Assembly (NCBI GenBank): GCA_024405715.1
Contig: JAKSOG010000001.1
Coordinates: 1-55,161 of the forward strand
DNA from: Victivallaceae bacterium
GTDB taxonomy: Bacteria > Verrucomicrobiota > Lentisphaeria > Victivallales > Victivallaceae
Direction of reading: 5' to 3'
Length of the DNA: 55,161 nucleotides
In this document: one piece after another, positions 42,706-51,576 of the stretch
How positions within the stretch are numbered: position 1 is the first letter of the stretch
Layout: the number at the start of each line of letters is the position of its first letter
The notes under the pieces: generated by a model
Databases searched by the model: none
The model's input: only the letters and a program-made list of their open reading frames with translations
What the model was told of the DNA's origin: nothing
Position numbers and translations under genes: made by a program

Positions 42706-43407
42706 ATGAAAAAGGAAATTTTCTGCCGCACCGAAAAACTCCTCGGCGCCGCCGCGATGGAAAAACTGGAAAAATGCGCCGTATTGCTCTTGGGCGTCGG
42801 CGGCGTCGGCGGTTATGCCGCGGAATTTCTCGTGCGTTCCGGCATCGGACACATCACCTTTGTCGACGGAGACGTCGTCGAGGAAAGCAATTGCAACCGG
42901 CAGATCGTCGCGCTCGTTTCGACGCTCGGCAAAAACAAGGCCGCCGTCATGGCGGAACGTGCGGGAAAAATCAATCCGCAAGGCGTCTTCACGGCGGTCC
43001 CGCGCCGGATCCCCGCCGGGGGAGCCGCCGCGCTCTTCGACCGCGCCTGGGACCTCGTCGTCGATTGCATCGACGACACGCAAGTCAAAGTTGAAGTGAT
43101 CGAAGAGGCGTTAAAACGGGACATCCCCGTCGTATCTTCGATGGGCGCGGCGGGGAAACTTGATCCGACGAAAATCGAACGCGCCGACATTTCCGCGACG
43201 AAAAATTGTCCGCTCGCCCGCGCGGTGCGGCGCCGATTGAAAGAAAGAGGCATCCGGTCCGGCGTTTCCGCCGTTTTTTCCGCGGAAAAAAGCGTGCCGC
43301 GTACCCCGGGCGACGCTTCGTTGCCGGGAACTTGCGCCGCCGTCGTCGCCGCATTCGGAGCCGCCGTCGCCGCCGAAGCGCTGAAATTGCTGTTGGAGGA
43401 AAGTTGA
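42706..43407 (+). CDS. tcdA: tRNA threonylcarbamoyladenosine dehydratase (ThiF/MoeB-like E1 fold)
   Basis: 233 aa with LLLGVGGVGGYAAEFLVRSGIGHITFVDGDVVEESNCNRQ and DCIDD...SSMGAAGKLDPT. Confidence 0.8.
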   Translation: MKKEIFCRTEKLLGAAAMEKLEKCAVLLLGVGGVGGYAAEFLVRSGIGHITFVDGDVVEESNCNRQIVALVSTLGKNKAAVMAERAGKINPQGVFTAVPRRIPAGGAAALFDRAWDLVVDCIDDTQVKVEVIEEALKRDIPVVSSMGAAGKLDPTKIERADISATKNCPLARAVRRRLKERGIRSGVSAVFSAEKSVPRTPGDASLPGTCAAVVAAFGAAVAAEALKLLLEES

Positions 43408-43408
43408 A

Positions 43409-44554
43409 ATGCAAATCATCCGGACTTTTTTGTTCGCCGCCGCTTTGTGTGCGGCAGGATGCCGGCATACGGAGAAAAAAACGATGAAAAATCTTTCCGA
43501 GATCGACCGCAATATGGCGGTCGCCGAAGCGACAGAAAATCTCCGTTGGCTCGATGCCGACGCCCCGCCGATGCGTTTGAGCGGGATGGCCTTCCGCAAG
43601 GCCGGAGAAAAATTTTTCCGTGTTCCGCAACAGGGACTGCCGCCCGACGTGATGTACCTCGGCCGATGCACCGCCGGAGTCCAACTCGCATTCAAAACCG
43701 ATTCGACTAAAATTTCCGTGCGCGTCACGCTCGATCCCCCGATACAGATGGATCATATGGCATCGACGGGAAGTTGCGGGTTCGACCTTTATTGCGGCAC
43801 GCCGGGAGCGCGGCGTTACTTCGGGTGCGCCCGCTTTGCCGTATCGCGCGAAAAACCGGACTATACGGCGGAGATCGTCGGCGGGATGAAAAAGGAAATG
43901 CGGGAATACCTCGTCAATTTCCCGCTTTACAGCGGCATCAAAAGTTTTGAACTCGGGCTTGATTCCGATGCAAAAGTGGAAGCGCCGTCGCCTTGGAGTT
44001 GCGACCGCCCGATCGTCTGGTACGGCACATCGATCACTCAGGGCGGATGCGCGAGCCGTCCGGGAATGGCGGCGACCAATATTTTGAGCCGGAAATGGAA
44101 CCGCCCGATCCTCAATTTCGGTTTTTCGGGTAGCGGCAAAGGGGAGCATTCCGTCGCCGGAATGCTTGCCGAAATTCAAACGCCTGCAATGTATATCCTT
44201 GATTATGAAGCCAATGCGAAACTTCCGCTTTTGCAGAAAACGCTCGACGGCGTGATCGGCACGCTCCGCGCGAAACATCCGGAAGTTCCCATCGTTGTCT
44301 TGAGCCGTTCGATCCACTGCAAGGATTTTTATCTTGCTCTCGATACCGATGCCGCCCGTGATTTTCAGCGGGAAACCGTGGAACGCCGCCGCGCTTCCGG
44401 AGATGAAAATATTTATTTCATCAATGGTTCGCCGGAAATTCCGGGGACGGATGAATGGACGGTGGACGGCATCCATCTGACGGACAACGGCTTTGCCCGT
44501 CAGGCGGAATATCTGGCGCCGCAATTGGAAAAAATCCTGCAGGAGAAAAAATAA
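43409..44554 (+). CDS. SGNH/GDSL-family hydrolase lipoprotein with an N-terminal beta-sandwich domain (sugar O-acetylesterase-like)
   Basis: Lipobox ALCAAGC, block I IVWYGTSITQGG, block III GFSGSGKGE, and the C-terminal DGIHLTD catalytic block. Confidence 0.7.
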   Translation: MQIIRTFLFAAALCAAGCRHTEKKTMKNLSEIDRNMAVAEATENLRWLDADAPPMRLSGMAFRKAGEKFFRVPQQGLPPDVMYLGRCTAGVQLAFKTDSTKISVRVTLDPPIQMDHMASTGSCGFDLYCGTPGARRYFGCARFAVSREKPDYTAEIVGGMKKEMREYLVNFPLYSGIKSFELGLDSDAKVEAPSPWSCDRPIVWYGTSITQGGCASRPGMAATNILSRKWNRPILNFGFSGSGKGEHSVAGMLAEIQTPAMYILDYEANAKLPLLQKTLDGVIGTLRAKHPEVPIVVLSRSIHCKDFYLALDTDAARDFQRETVERRRASGDENIYFINGSPEIPGTDEWTVDGIHLTDNGFARQAEYLAPQLEKILQEKK

Positions 44555-45444
44555 TGCGATCCCCGGAAAAACTTTACTGTTTCGGCGTCGAAGTACGTTA
44601 CAGCCCGCTTCCGGGTGACGAACTTTTCGCGGCGCTGGGATTCGATTTCAGCAGTTACGAAGATCTGGAAAATCACACGTTCCGCCATACCGTTTACGCG
44701 GCAGACGAAACGGAGCGCGCGCAGAAATGCGCCGCTTTCGAGCGCGCCGCCGCAGTATGGAAACGCGATCTCGGCGTCGAACTCGGCGAAACGCAATTTT
44801 TCGTCCTCGACCGCGAAGACTGGTCGGAAGCATGGAAAAAGTATTTTCATCCGATCGAAATTTCCGAACGGCTTCTGGTTTGTCCTTCGTGGCTCGACGC
44901 CGCGCGCCGCCCCGGGCAAAAGATCCTGACCATCGACCCCGGCATGAGTTTCGGCACCGGTCAGCACGCGACGACGCTTTATTGTCTGCAATGCATCGAC
45001 CGTCTGGCGGCGACGGAAAAAATCACTTCGATGCTCGACGCCGGATGCGGGTCGGGCATCCTGAGCATCGCCGGAGCGTTGTCCGGAATCGAAAACGTGG
45101 ACGCTTTCGACCTCGATCCCGATGCGGTGCGCATCGCGCGGGAAAACCTTGCGATCAACAAAATATCCGGCGTTTTTCCGGAAGTCGGCGACGCCGCCGT
45201 CTATCCCGGCCGCACGGAAAAATACGATCTCGTCTGCGCGAACATTCTGGGGCATCTGCTCGTCAAATTCCGGTACAACATCGCCCGCTGGGTCGGCGAC
45301 GGGAAACATCTCGTCCTCGCCGGTATCCTCGAACGCGAATTCGACGAAGTTTCGGCGGCGTTCCGTGAACTCGGTTTCGTTGAAACGGAACGCAACACGC
45401 TCCGCGAATGGACGGGCGGATACTTCCGCAAAACGGGAAAATAA
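44554..45444 (+). CDS. prmA: Ribosomal protein L11 methyltransferase
   Basis: The start at MRSPEKLY shares one base with the upstream TAA. DWSEAWKKYFHPIEI, IDPGMSFGTGQHATT and LDAGCGSGILSIA are present. Confidence 0.88.
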   Translation: MRSPEKLYCFGVEVRYSPLPGDELFAALGFDFSSYEDLENHTFRHTVYAADETERAQKCAAFERAAAVWKRDLGVELGETQFFVLDREDWSEAWKKYFHPIEISERLLVCPSWLDAARRPGQKILTIDPGMSFGTGQHATTLYCLQCIDRLAATEKITSMLDAGCGSGILSIAGALSGIENVDAFDLDPDAVRIARENLAINKISGVFPEVGDAAVYPGRTEKYDLVCANILGHLLVKFRYNIARWVGDGKHLVLAGILEREFDEVSAAFRELGFVETERNTLREWTGGYFRKTGK

Positions 45445-45447
45445 ACG

Positions 45448-46173
45448 ATGCTCGAAATCAGAAATCTTACCCGGCGCTTCGGAAAAAAGACCGTCCTTGA
45501 CGGCATTTCCTTTTCCGTGCCGGAAAACACGGTCTGGGGCATCGTCGGCGCCAACGGCGCGGGCAAAACGACCTTGTTGCGCACCGTTTCCGGACTCGAC
45601 GAAGCCGACGGCGGCGATGTCCTGTGGCGGGGGAAATCCCTGCTGATGCGGCGCGATCTGCCGCTCGACACGGCGGCGCTGATGCCGGACCGTCTTGCGG
45701 ATGCGCCCGATCTGACGGTCGCGGAATACCTTGATTTCTACGCGCGCGCGGAGTTTTCCGATGCACACGCCGCCGAAACGGCGGAAAAAAACGCGCGTAT
45801 TTGCGGCGGCGTCCAGGACGAATGGAACGACCTTTTTCTCGCGGATTTATCGCGCGGGATGAAACAGCGCGTATCGCTGGCGCGCATGCTGATCCTTTCG
45901 CCCGCCGTACTGCTTTTCGACGAACCGGGGGCGGGACTCGACCCGCATGCGCTCGCCGATCTGCGCGCGCTTTTGCCGCGGCTCGCATCCGAAGGACACA
46001 CCGTCGTCGTTTCGTCGCATTTGCTCGGGGAACTTTCCGAAATCGCCGACGGCGCAACCTTTCTGGAAAACGGCGCGGTCGTCTGTTCGGGACGGAAAGA
46101 GGATCTTTTTGAAAAATACACCGTCCGGAATATGGAAGCGCTGTATTTGAAGATCATGCGAAAGGGGTTTTAG
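45448..46173 (+). CDS. ABC transporter ATP-binding protein
   Basis: Walker A GANGAGKTT, signature LSRGMKQR, and Walker B LLLFDEPGAGLD. Confidence 0.88.
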   Translation: MLEIRNLTRRFGKKTVLDGISFSVPENTVWGIVGANGAGKTTLLRTVSGLDEADGGDVLWRGKSLLMRRDLPLDTAALMPDRLADAPDLTVAEYLDFYARAEFSDAHAAETAEKNARICGGVQDEWNDLFLADLSRGMKQRVSLARMLILSPAVLLFDEPGAGLDPHALADLRALLPRLASEGHTVVVSSHLLGELSEIADGATFLENGAVVCSGRKEDLFEKYTVRNMEALYLKIMRKGF

Positions 46174-47391
46174 ATGTACGCCGTTTTCCGCAAAGAACTT
46201 CTGCAGATCCGGCATCATACGCATCTGCGCGTCTATTTCGCGATGCTGGTGCTTGCCGACGCGGCGCTGGTGCTTTGCGAGATCCGGTATCCGGGGGGAT
46301 TTCCGTGGCTTCGGGCGGCTTTCCGCGCGGCGCTTTTTTTCGGGATCTTCACGCTCGTCGCCCTTTTCAGCATCCGCTGGGCGCGCGAACGCAACGATAT
46401 TTCGATCGACCCCGTGCTGACGACGCGCCTCGCCCCGCACCGGATCCTCGCCGGAAAATTCGCCGCGCTTTTTTTGATCGCGGCGGCGCTTTCGCTCGCC
46501 GGGAGCGCGATCGATTTCCGGACGGCGGCGACATCCGCGTATTGGGAAAATCTTTTGCTCGAAACCGGACGCTGGGGCGTGTTGACGGCGTTCGTACTCG
46601 CTTTCGGCGCTTTCCGGAAAAAAAATCCGGCGCACGCGGCGTTGAGCGGAGCGGCGGCGCTTTTGCTCGCGCTGATCCTGCTCGTTGCGGCGGCGGGGCG
46701 CGACGTTTTCGCGCTTCTTCTGCCGCGTTTCGCGGAAGCGGGCGCCTTTGACCGGCTTTTCCCCGCGGAGATCTGGCTCACGGCGTTCGGACTTCTCGTC
46801 GCCGATGCGGGACTCGCGAAAAAAAGTTCCGACCGGATGGCGAAACTGCACGGATTTTTCATCGTTTCGGCGCTCGCATCGCCGCTCTGGCTGTGGAAAA
46901 CGACCGGCGCGTTTTCCGCGGGGACGTTCCGCGCGTGTTTCGCCGCCGCCGCGCTGATCTTTCTTTACGCCTCGCTCGTCGAAAGGAGACGGCGGACGCC
47001 TCTGCAGCGGAACGTCCCCGCTTTTCCCTTCCTTGCAACGGGAAGTTTTCCCGCCTGGTGCTGGAGTGCCGTTTTCACCGCGGCGGCTTTTTTCACGGCG
47101 CCGGCCCCGGCGGCGCGGCTCGCCGATCTCTCAAACTGGACGCTTTCCGGATTTTACATCGCGCTCGCGCGGATTTTTTCCCGCAGGCACACCGTCGTCG
47201 CTTTCGGGATCGTCGTCCTGCTCTGCAATCTGCCGGCGCTTTTCGCGGAACGTCTGCCGTTTCTGGCGGCGTTGTCGGCGGACGGCACGTCCGTACATGA
47301 TTCTTATTTCCGCGCAGGGATCCTTTTCGCCGCATCGATCATTTTGCGCATTCCGGAATTCGCCGCCTTTTTCCGGCGCGAGAAAATTTGA
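46174..47391 (+). CDS. Polytopic membrane protein, putative ABC-2-type permease partner
   Basis: 405 aa with about 10 hydrophobic segments. It starts immediately after the ATPase stop. Confidence 0.6.
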   Translation: MYAVFRKELLQIRHHTHLRVYFAMLVLADAALVLCEIRYPGGFPWLRAAFRAALFFGIFTLVALFSIRWARERNDISIDPVLTTRLAPHRILAGKFAALFLIAAALSLAGSAIDFRTAATSAYWENLLLETGRWGVLTAFVLAFGAFRKKNPAHAALSGAAALLLALILLVAAAGRDVFALLLPRFAEAGAFDRLFPAEIWLTAFGLLVADAGLAKKSSDRMAKLHGFFIVSALASPLWLWKTTGAFSAGTFRACFAAAALIFLYASLVERRRRTPLQRNVPAFPFLATGSFPAWCWSAVFTAAAFFTAPAPAARLADLSNWTLSGFYIALARIFSRRHTVVAFGIVVLLCNLPALFAERLPFLAALSADGTSVHDSYFRAGILFAASIILRIPEFAAFFRREKI

Positions 47392-47416
47392 CTTTCGCGC
47401 CGGCACGCGCTATATT
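47388..47416 (+). promoter_or_regulatory. Sigma70-type promoter (TTGACT-17-TATATT) driving the prs leader
   Basis: Hexamers at 47388-47393 and 47411-47416 with a 17-nt spacer. The -35 overlaps the permease stop codon. Confidence 0.6.
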
Positions 47417-47438
47417 ATAACGTTATTCAGGTGTTTCT

Positions 47439-47551
47439 GGAACCTCGATCCCGGACAAGTCCGGCATCGATGGCGGCGCCGAACGCGCCGCCGGTACCGT
47501 GAGGTTTCCGCCCGGCAAAGGAGCGCGCCGCGAAAAAAGCGCGTTTTCTTT
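47439..47551 (+). promoter_or_regulatory. Structured ~200-nt 5' leader of prs: three-way junction plus terminator-like hairpin with U-tract; candidate riboswitch or attenuator of unknown class
   Basis: P1 pairs 47439-46 with 47501-09. P2 is the hairpin 47447-47468. P3 pairs 47472-79 with 47485-92 (8 GC-rich bp). The terminator stem pairs 47524-28 with 47539-43, followed by TTTTCTTT. An alternative pairing of 47473-79 with 47525-31 is possible. Confidence 0.4.
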
Positions 47552-47621
47552 CCTTTCCGGACGTCCGCCCTCCGGCACCGCTTCCACAAACGGAAAAAAG
47601 GCAACGGCACGAGGGATTTTT

Positions 47622-48581
47622 ATGGAAATGGAAGAAGCCAAACACATCCGCATCTATTCCGGTACGGCGCACCCCGAATTGTCCCGGCAGATCGCCGAAT
47701 ATCTCGGCGAAGAACTGGGCAAAGTCCACATCACCCACTTCCCCGACGGCGAAATTTTCGCGCAGTTCGAGGAAAACGTCCGCCGTGCCGACGCCTTTCT
47801 GATCCAGCCGACCTGCAACAAGCCCAATGACAATCTGATGGAATTGCTCATCATGATCGACGCCGCGCGCCGCGCCAGCGCGGCGCGCATCACCGCGGTG
47901 CTGCCTTACTTCGGTTACGCGCGGCAGGACCGCAAGGACAAACCCCGGGTGCCGATCACGGCGAAACTCGTCGCCAATTTGCTCACCTGCGCCGGCGCCG
48001 ACCGCGTGCTGACCGTCGATCTCCACGCCCAGCAGATCCAGGGCTTTTTCGACATCCCGGTGGATCACCTCTACTGCCGCCCCGTGCTGGTGCCCTATCT
48101 GAAACAACTCATCGGCGACAACGGCGTCGTCGTCGCGCCCGATTCGGGCAGCGCCAAAATGGCGATGATGTACGGCGATATGCTTGAAGCCGGTTTCGCG
48201 GTCGTCACCAAACGGCGCATCAACGCGACGACCGTCGCGTCGAGCCACCTCGTCGGCGAAGTGAAAGACCGCGTCTGCGTCATCACCGACGATTTGACCA
48301 GCACCGCCGGCACGCTCTGCGCCGCCGCCAAGATCCTCAAAGAACACGGCGCCGCCAAAGTCTACGCGGCGGTCTCGCATTGCCTGCTCAACGAAAAGGG
48401 GCGCGAAAAACTTCTGGCGACGCCCGAGATCGAGCAACTCATAACCACCGACGCGGTCCCCGTCACGGAAACGCTCGACGGCAAGATCAAAGTCGTGAGC
48501 GTCGCGCCGCTCCTCGGCGAAGCGATCCGGCGCATCCACGACGGCAAATCCATTTCCTCGTTGTTTTACATCAAGCATTGA
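47622..48581 (+). CDS. prs: Ribose-phosphate pyrophosphokinase (PRPP synthetase)
   Basis: The start was moved to MEMEEAKHIRIYSGTAHPELS. HFPDGE, YFGYARQDRK, DLHAQQIQGFF and the VITDDLTSTAGT PRPP-binding loop are present. Confidence 0.92.
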   Translation: MEMEEAKHIRIYSGTAHPELSRQIAEYLGEELGKVHITHFPDGEIFAQFEENVRRADAFLIQPTCNKPNDNLMELLIMIDAARRASAARITAVLPYFGYARQDRKDKPRVPITAKLVANLLTCAGADRVLTVDLHAQQIQGFFDIPVDHLYCRPVLVPYLKQLIGDNGVVVAPDSGSAKMAMMYGDMLEAGFAVVTKRRINATTVASSHLVGEVKDRVCVITDDLTSTAGTLCAAAKILKEHGAAKVYAAVSHCLLNEKGREKLLATPEIEQLITTDAVPVTETLDGKIKVVSVAPLLGEAIRRIHDGKSISSLFYIKH

Positions 48582-48645
48582 GTTTGATGCTCGCATAGAA
48601 CCAAACCACGACTTTTGCTTACAAAACCATAACGAAAGGGAATCA

Positions 48646-49311
48646 ATGAGCAACGAAAGTCACAAAATCGCGGTGCTGAAGCGCGATGCGTTCGGAAACA
48701 ACGCGTCCCGCCGGCTCCGTCGTGCCGGATCGATTCCGGCGGTCGTCTACGGCCGGGGCAAGGCGGCTCGCGCCTACTCGGTCAATGCGGATGAATGGAA
48801 AAGCTTTTCGCAGCACGGCGCCCAGCTCGTCACGCTCCTCGACGGAGCCGCCGAGATCCCCGCGCTCGTCCGCGAAGTCCAGTACAATCATTTGAAAAAC
48901 TACGTCGTCCACATTGATTTCCAGGAAATCGACCTCAATGCGGAAATCGCTTCCAAAGTCCCGGTGCACGCGCACGGCGAATCCTACGGCGCGGCCCACG
49001 GCGGTCTTTTGGAACAGGACCTCTTCGAACTCGAAGTCGTCTGCCGCCCGCAGGATCTGCCGGAAGCCGTCCGCGTCGACGTCACGAAACTCAACATCGG
49101 CGACTCGCTCACGGTCGCGGATCTCGTCCTGCCGCAGGGCGTCCGTTGCGAACTGGACCCCGAAACGCTGGTCTTCCACGTGATCCTGCCGCGCGAAGAA
49201 GCCGAACCGGAAGCGTCTGCCGAGGGCGCCGCCGCGGAGCCCGAAGCGATCAACGAAAAGAAGGCCGAAGCGCGCGCCGCCGAAAAGGAAAATCAGAAGG
49301 AGAACAAATAG
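48646..49311 (+). CDS. rplY: 50S ribosomal protein L25 / general stress protein Ctc (long form)
   Basis: 221 aa. RLRRAGSIPAVVYGRG is followed by a beta-barrel region and an acidic/Lys-rich tail. Confidence 0.88.
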   Translation: MSNESHKIAVLKRDAFGNNASRRLRRAGSIPAVVYGRGKAARAYSVNADEWKSFSQHGAQLVTLLDGAAEIPALVREVQYNHLKNYVVHIDFQEIDLNAEIASKVPVHAHGESYGAAHGGLLEQDLFELEVVCRPQDLPEAVRVDVTKLNIGDSLTVADLVLPQGVRCELDPETLVFHVILPREEAEPEASAEGAAAEPEAINEKKAEARAAEKENQKENK

Positions 49312-49317
49312 TCCGCT

Positions 49318-49941
49318 ATGACCGGATCGCGTGACGGAATGGACCCGATCATTTTGATCGTCGGCCTCGGGAACCCCGGGGACGAATACCGTTCGAGCCG
49401 TCACAACTGCGGATTCATGGTCGTCGAAAAACTTCTCGCGGGATTTCCCGCCGGGCGTTTTGAGGAAAAGGCAATGGCGCAAAGCCGGGTTTTCAGCGGG
49501 AAATACCGCGGCAGGGAACTGACGTTGCAAATGCCTTTGACCTATATGAATTTAAGCGGTGAAGCGGTCGGGCCGCTGTGCAGAAAGTTGCAAATCAAAC
49601 CGGAAAACGTGCTGGTCGTCGTCGACGATATGGATCTGCCCCTCGGACGGCTTCGTCTGCGGCGCAGCGGCGCTTCCGGCGGACACAACGGACTCAAATC
49701 GATCATCGGAGAACTGGGCGGCGAAAATTTCAATCGTCTGCGGCTGGGTATCGGCCGGCCGGAAAAAAGAGGCGAAGTCGATTTCGTGCTTTCCGGTTGT
49801 GAAGGCGAAGAAAAAAAACTTTTCGACGCCATGATCGAACGGGCGGTTCAGGCGGTGCAATATGTTTTGAAAGCGGGAATGGCGGCGGCGATGAATTCCT
49901 TCAACGCCGCGCCGGAACCGGAAACGGAAAAACAACCCTAA
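49318..49941 (+). CDS. pth: Peptidyl-tRNA hydrolase
   Basis: ILIVGLGNPGDEYRSSRHNCGF, DDMDLPLGRLRLR and GGHNGLKSI motifs are present. Confidence 0.92.
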   Translation: MTGSRDGMDPIILIVGLGNPGDEYRSSRHNCGFMVVEKLLAGFPAGRFEEKAMAQSRVFSGKYRGRELTLQMPLTYMNLSGEAVGPLCRKLQIKPENVLVVVDDMDLPLGRLRLRRSGASGGHNGLKSIIGELGGENFNRLRLGIGRPEKRGEVDFVLSGCEGEEKKLFDAMIERAVQAVQYVLKAGMAAAMNSFNAAPEPETEKQP

Positions 49942-49957
49942 AAAAGAGAGGTTTATT

Positions 49958-50281
49958 TTGAAAAAATACGAGGCAGTTTTCATTCTGGACATCCGCAAAA
50001 CGGATGACGACGGCGCGGCGTTCTGCAAGGAATTCGCCGATCTCGTGAAAAATCTGGGCGGCGTTCTCGGAGAAAGCACTCCGATGGGTCGCAAACAATT
50101 CACCTATCCGATCGACAAACGCCGGGCGGGACTTTATTTCGATTTCGTTTTCGAGATCGAGACTTCCGGTGTCAAGGCGATCAAGGACAAGTACCGGCTC
50201 GACGAACGCGTGCTTCGCAATATGATCCTCGCTTTCGACCGTCCGGACAATCCGGTCACCGCCAAACTCGGCGACGAGTAA
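49958..50281 (+). CDS. rpsF: 30S ribosomal protein S6 (TTG start)
   Basis: KKYEAVFILD...MGRKQFTYPI..., in conserved rpsF-ssb-rpsR-rplI order. The start codon is ttg at 49958. Confidence 0.88.
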   Translation: MKKYEAVFILDIRKTDDDGAAFCKEFADLVKNLGGVLGESTPMGRKQFTYPIDKRRAGLYFDFVFEIETSGVKAIKDKYRLDERVLRNMILAFDRPDNPVTAKLGDE

Positions 50282-50342
50282 CGGTCCGGTACGGTACGGG
50301 AAAAAGCGACCACGACAACCGATTTTTACGGGAGATTTTACA

Positions 50343-50834
50343 ATGGCGACCTTGAACAAAGTTTTTTTGCTGGGCAATCTCACCCGTGATCCCGATTTGC
50401 GCGGTTTGCCCAGCGGGCAAAACGTCTGCGAACTGCGCATGGCGGTCGGCCGGCGCTATCAGAACAGCAGCGGCCAGGAAGTCGATGAAACCTGTTTCGT
50501 CGACGTCGTCGTCTGGGGCCGCACCGCCGCCAATTGCAAACAGTTTCTGAGCAAGGGGTCCCAGGTGATGGTCGAAGGACGCTTGCAACTCGACCAGTGG
50601 GAAGACCGCAACGGCGGCGGACAGCGTTCGCGGTTGCGGGTCGTGGCGGAGCAAGTCCAATTCATGAGCCGCCGCAATCCCGACGGCGCCGCGCCCGGCG
50701 CCGCCCCCGCGGAAGCCCCCGCTCCGAGCGCCGATCCCTATACCCGTTCGGTGCGTCCGACGCCTCCGGCGGCGATGCCGCCGATGCCTCCCGCGACGCC
50801 CGACGCGCCGCCGGAAGACGATATTCCGTTTTAA
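50343..50834 (+). CDS. ssb: Single-stranded DNA-binding protein
   Basis: OB-fold N-terminus (LNKVFLLGNLTRDPDLR), a Pro/Ala-rich linker, and the C-terminal acidic tip EDDIPF. Confidence 0.92.
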   Translation: MATLNKVFLLGNLTRDPDLRGLPSGQNVCELRMAVGRRYQNSSGQEVDETCFVDVVVWGRTAANCKQFLSKGSQVMVEGRLQLDQWEDRNGGGQRSRLRVVAEQVQFMSRRNPDGAAPGAAPAEAPAPSADPYTRSVRPTPPAAMPPMPPATPDAPPEDDIPF

Positions 50835-50864
50835 AGAAAAATTCAACCGAAAGGATATGTAATT

Positions 50865-51098
50865 ATGCAAGGACCGAAAAGACAGGGCCGCCGTCGCAGC
50901 GCGGCGAAACCGAAAATTTGCCGCTTCTGCGAAGCAAAAGTCAACTACATCGACTTCAAAGACGCCGAAACGCTGATGAAGTTCCAGACCGAAAAAGGCA
51001 AGATCATGCCCCGCCGCATCACCGGCAACTGTCTGGACCACCAGAAAATGCTTGCCTCCGCCATCAAACGCGCCCGCATCATCGCGCTGGTTTACTAA
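50865..51098 (+). CDS. rpsR: 30S ribosomal protein S18
   Basis: 77 aa with CRFCEAKVNYIDFKD...ITGNCLDHQKMLASAIKRAR. Confidence 0.92.
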   Translation: MQGPKRQGRRRSAAKPKICRFCEAKVNYIDFKDAETLMKFQTEKGKIMPRRITGNCLDHQKMLASAIKRARIIALVY

Positions 51099-51114
51099 GG
51101 AGCTTCGGAATTTT

Positions 51115-51564
51115 ATGGCTAACGTAACGTTGATTCTGCTCGATGACGTGGAAAACCTCGGCCTCGCCGGCGATAAAGTCCACGTCGCGCCGGGTTATGC
51201 CCGCAATTATCTTCTCCCCCGCGGTCTCGCCGCCAAGGCGACCGCCGGCACGCTCCGCCAGATCGAGAGCCGCAAGGCGCTGATCGCCCAGCGCCGCGCC
51301 GACGAACTGGCGAAAGCCAAGGACACCGCCGCGAAACTCGCGGACGTTTCGATCACGATCGCGATGCAGGCGACCGAAGACGATCAGCTTTTCGGCTCGG
51401 TCACGCCCCGTATGATCGCCGAAGAACTCGCCCGCCAGGAAATCAAAGTCGACCACAACCGCATCAAAGTCGACGCGATCAAAACGCTCGGAGAATTTTC
51501 CGCCGACGTCAAACTGCATGCCGAAGTGACGGCAAAAGTCGCCGTCCGGGTCGTCCGCGGCTGA
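51115..51564 (+). CDS. rplI: 50S ribosomal protein L9
   Basis: The start was moved to MANVTLILLDDVENLGLAGDKVHVAPGYARNYLLPRGLA. Confidence 0.92.
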   Translation: MANVTLILLDDVENLGLAGDKVHVAPGYARNYLLPRGLAAKATAGTLRQIESRKALIAQRRADELAKAKDTAAKLADVSITIAMQATEDDQLFGSVTPRMIAEELARQEIKVDHNRIKVDAIKTLGEFSADVKLHAEVTAKVAVRVVRG

Positions 51565-51576
51565 CGGAGTTTCTCC

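Noticed and set aside
47439-47551. Assignment of the prs leader to a known riboswitch class (purine, ZTP/pfl, PRPP/ykkC-2b, PyrR site)
   Set aside because: I could not find the hallmark conserved nucleotides of these classes, such as ACUGGCG...CCGCCUGGG for ZTP or the purine junction UAUAAU/loop-loop motifs. The structure is reported only as an unclassified candidate.
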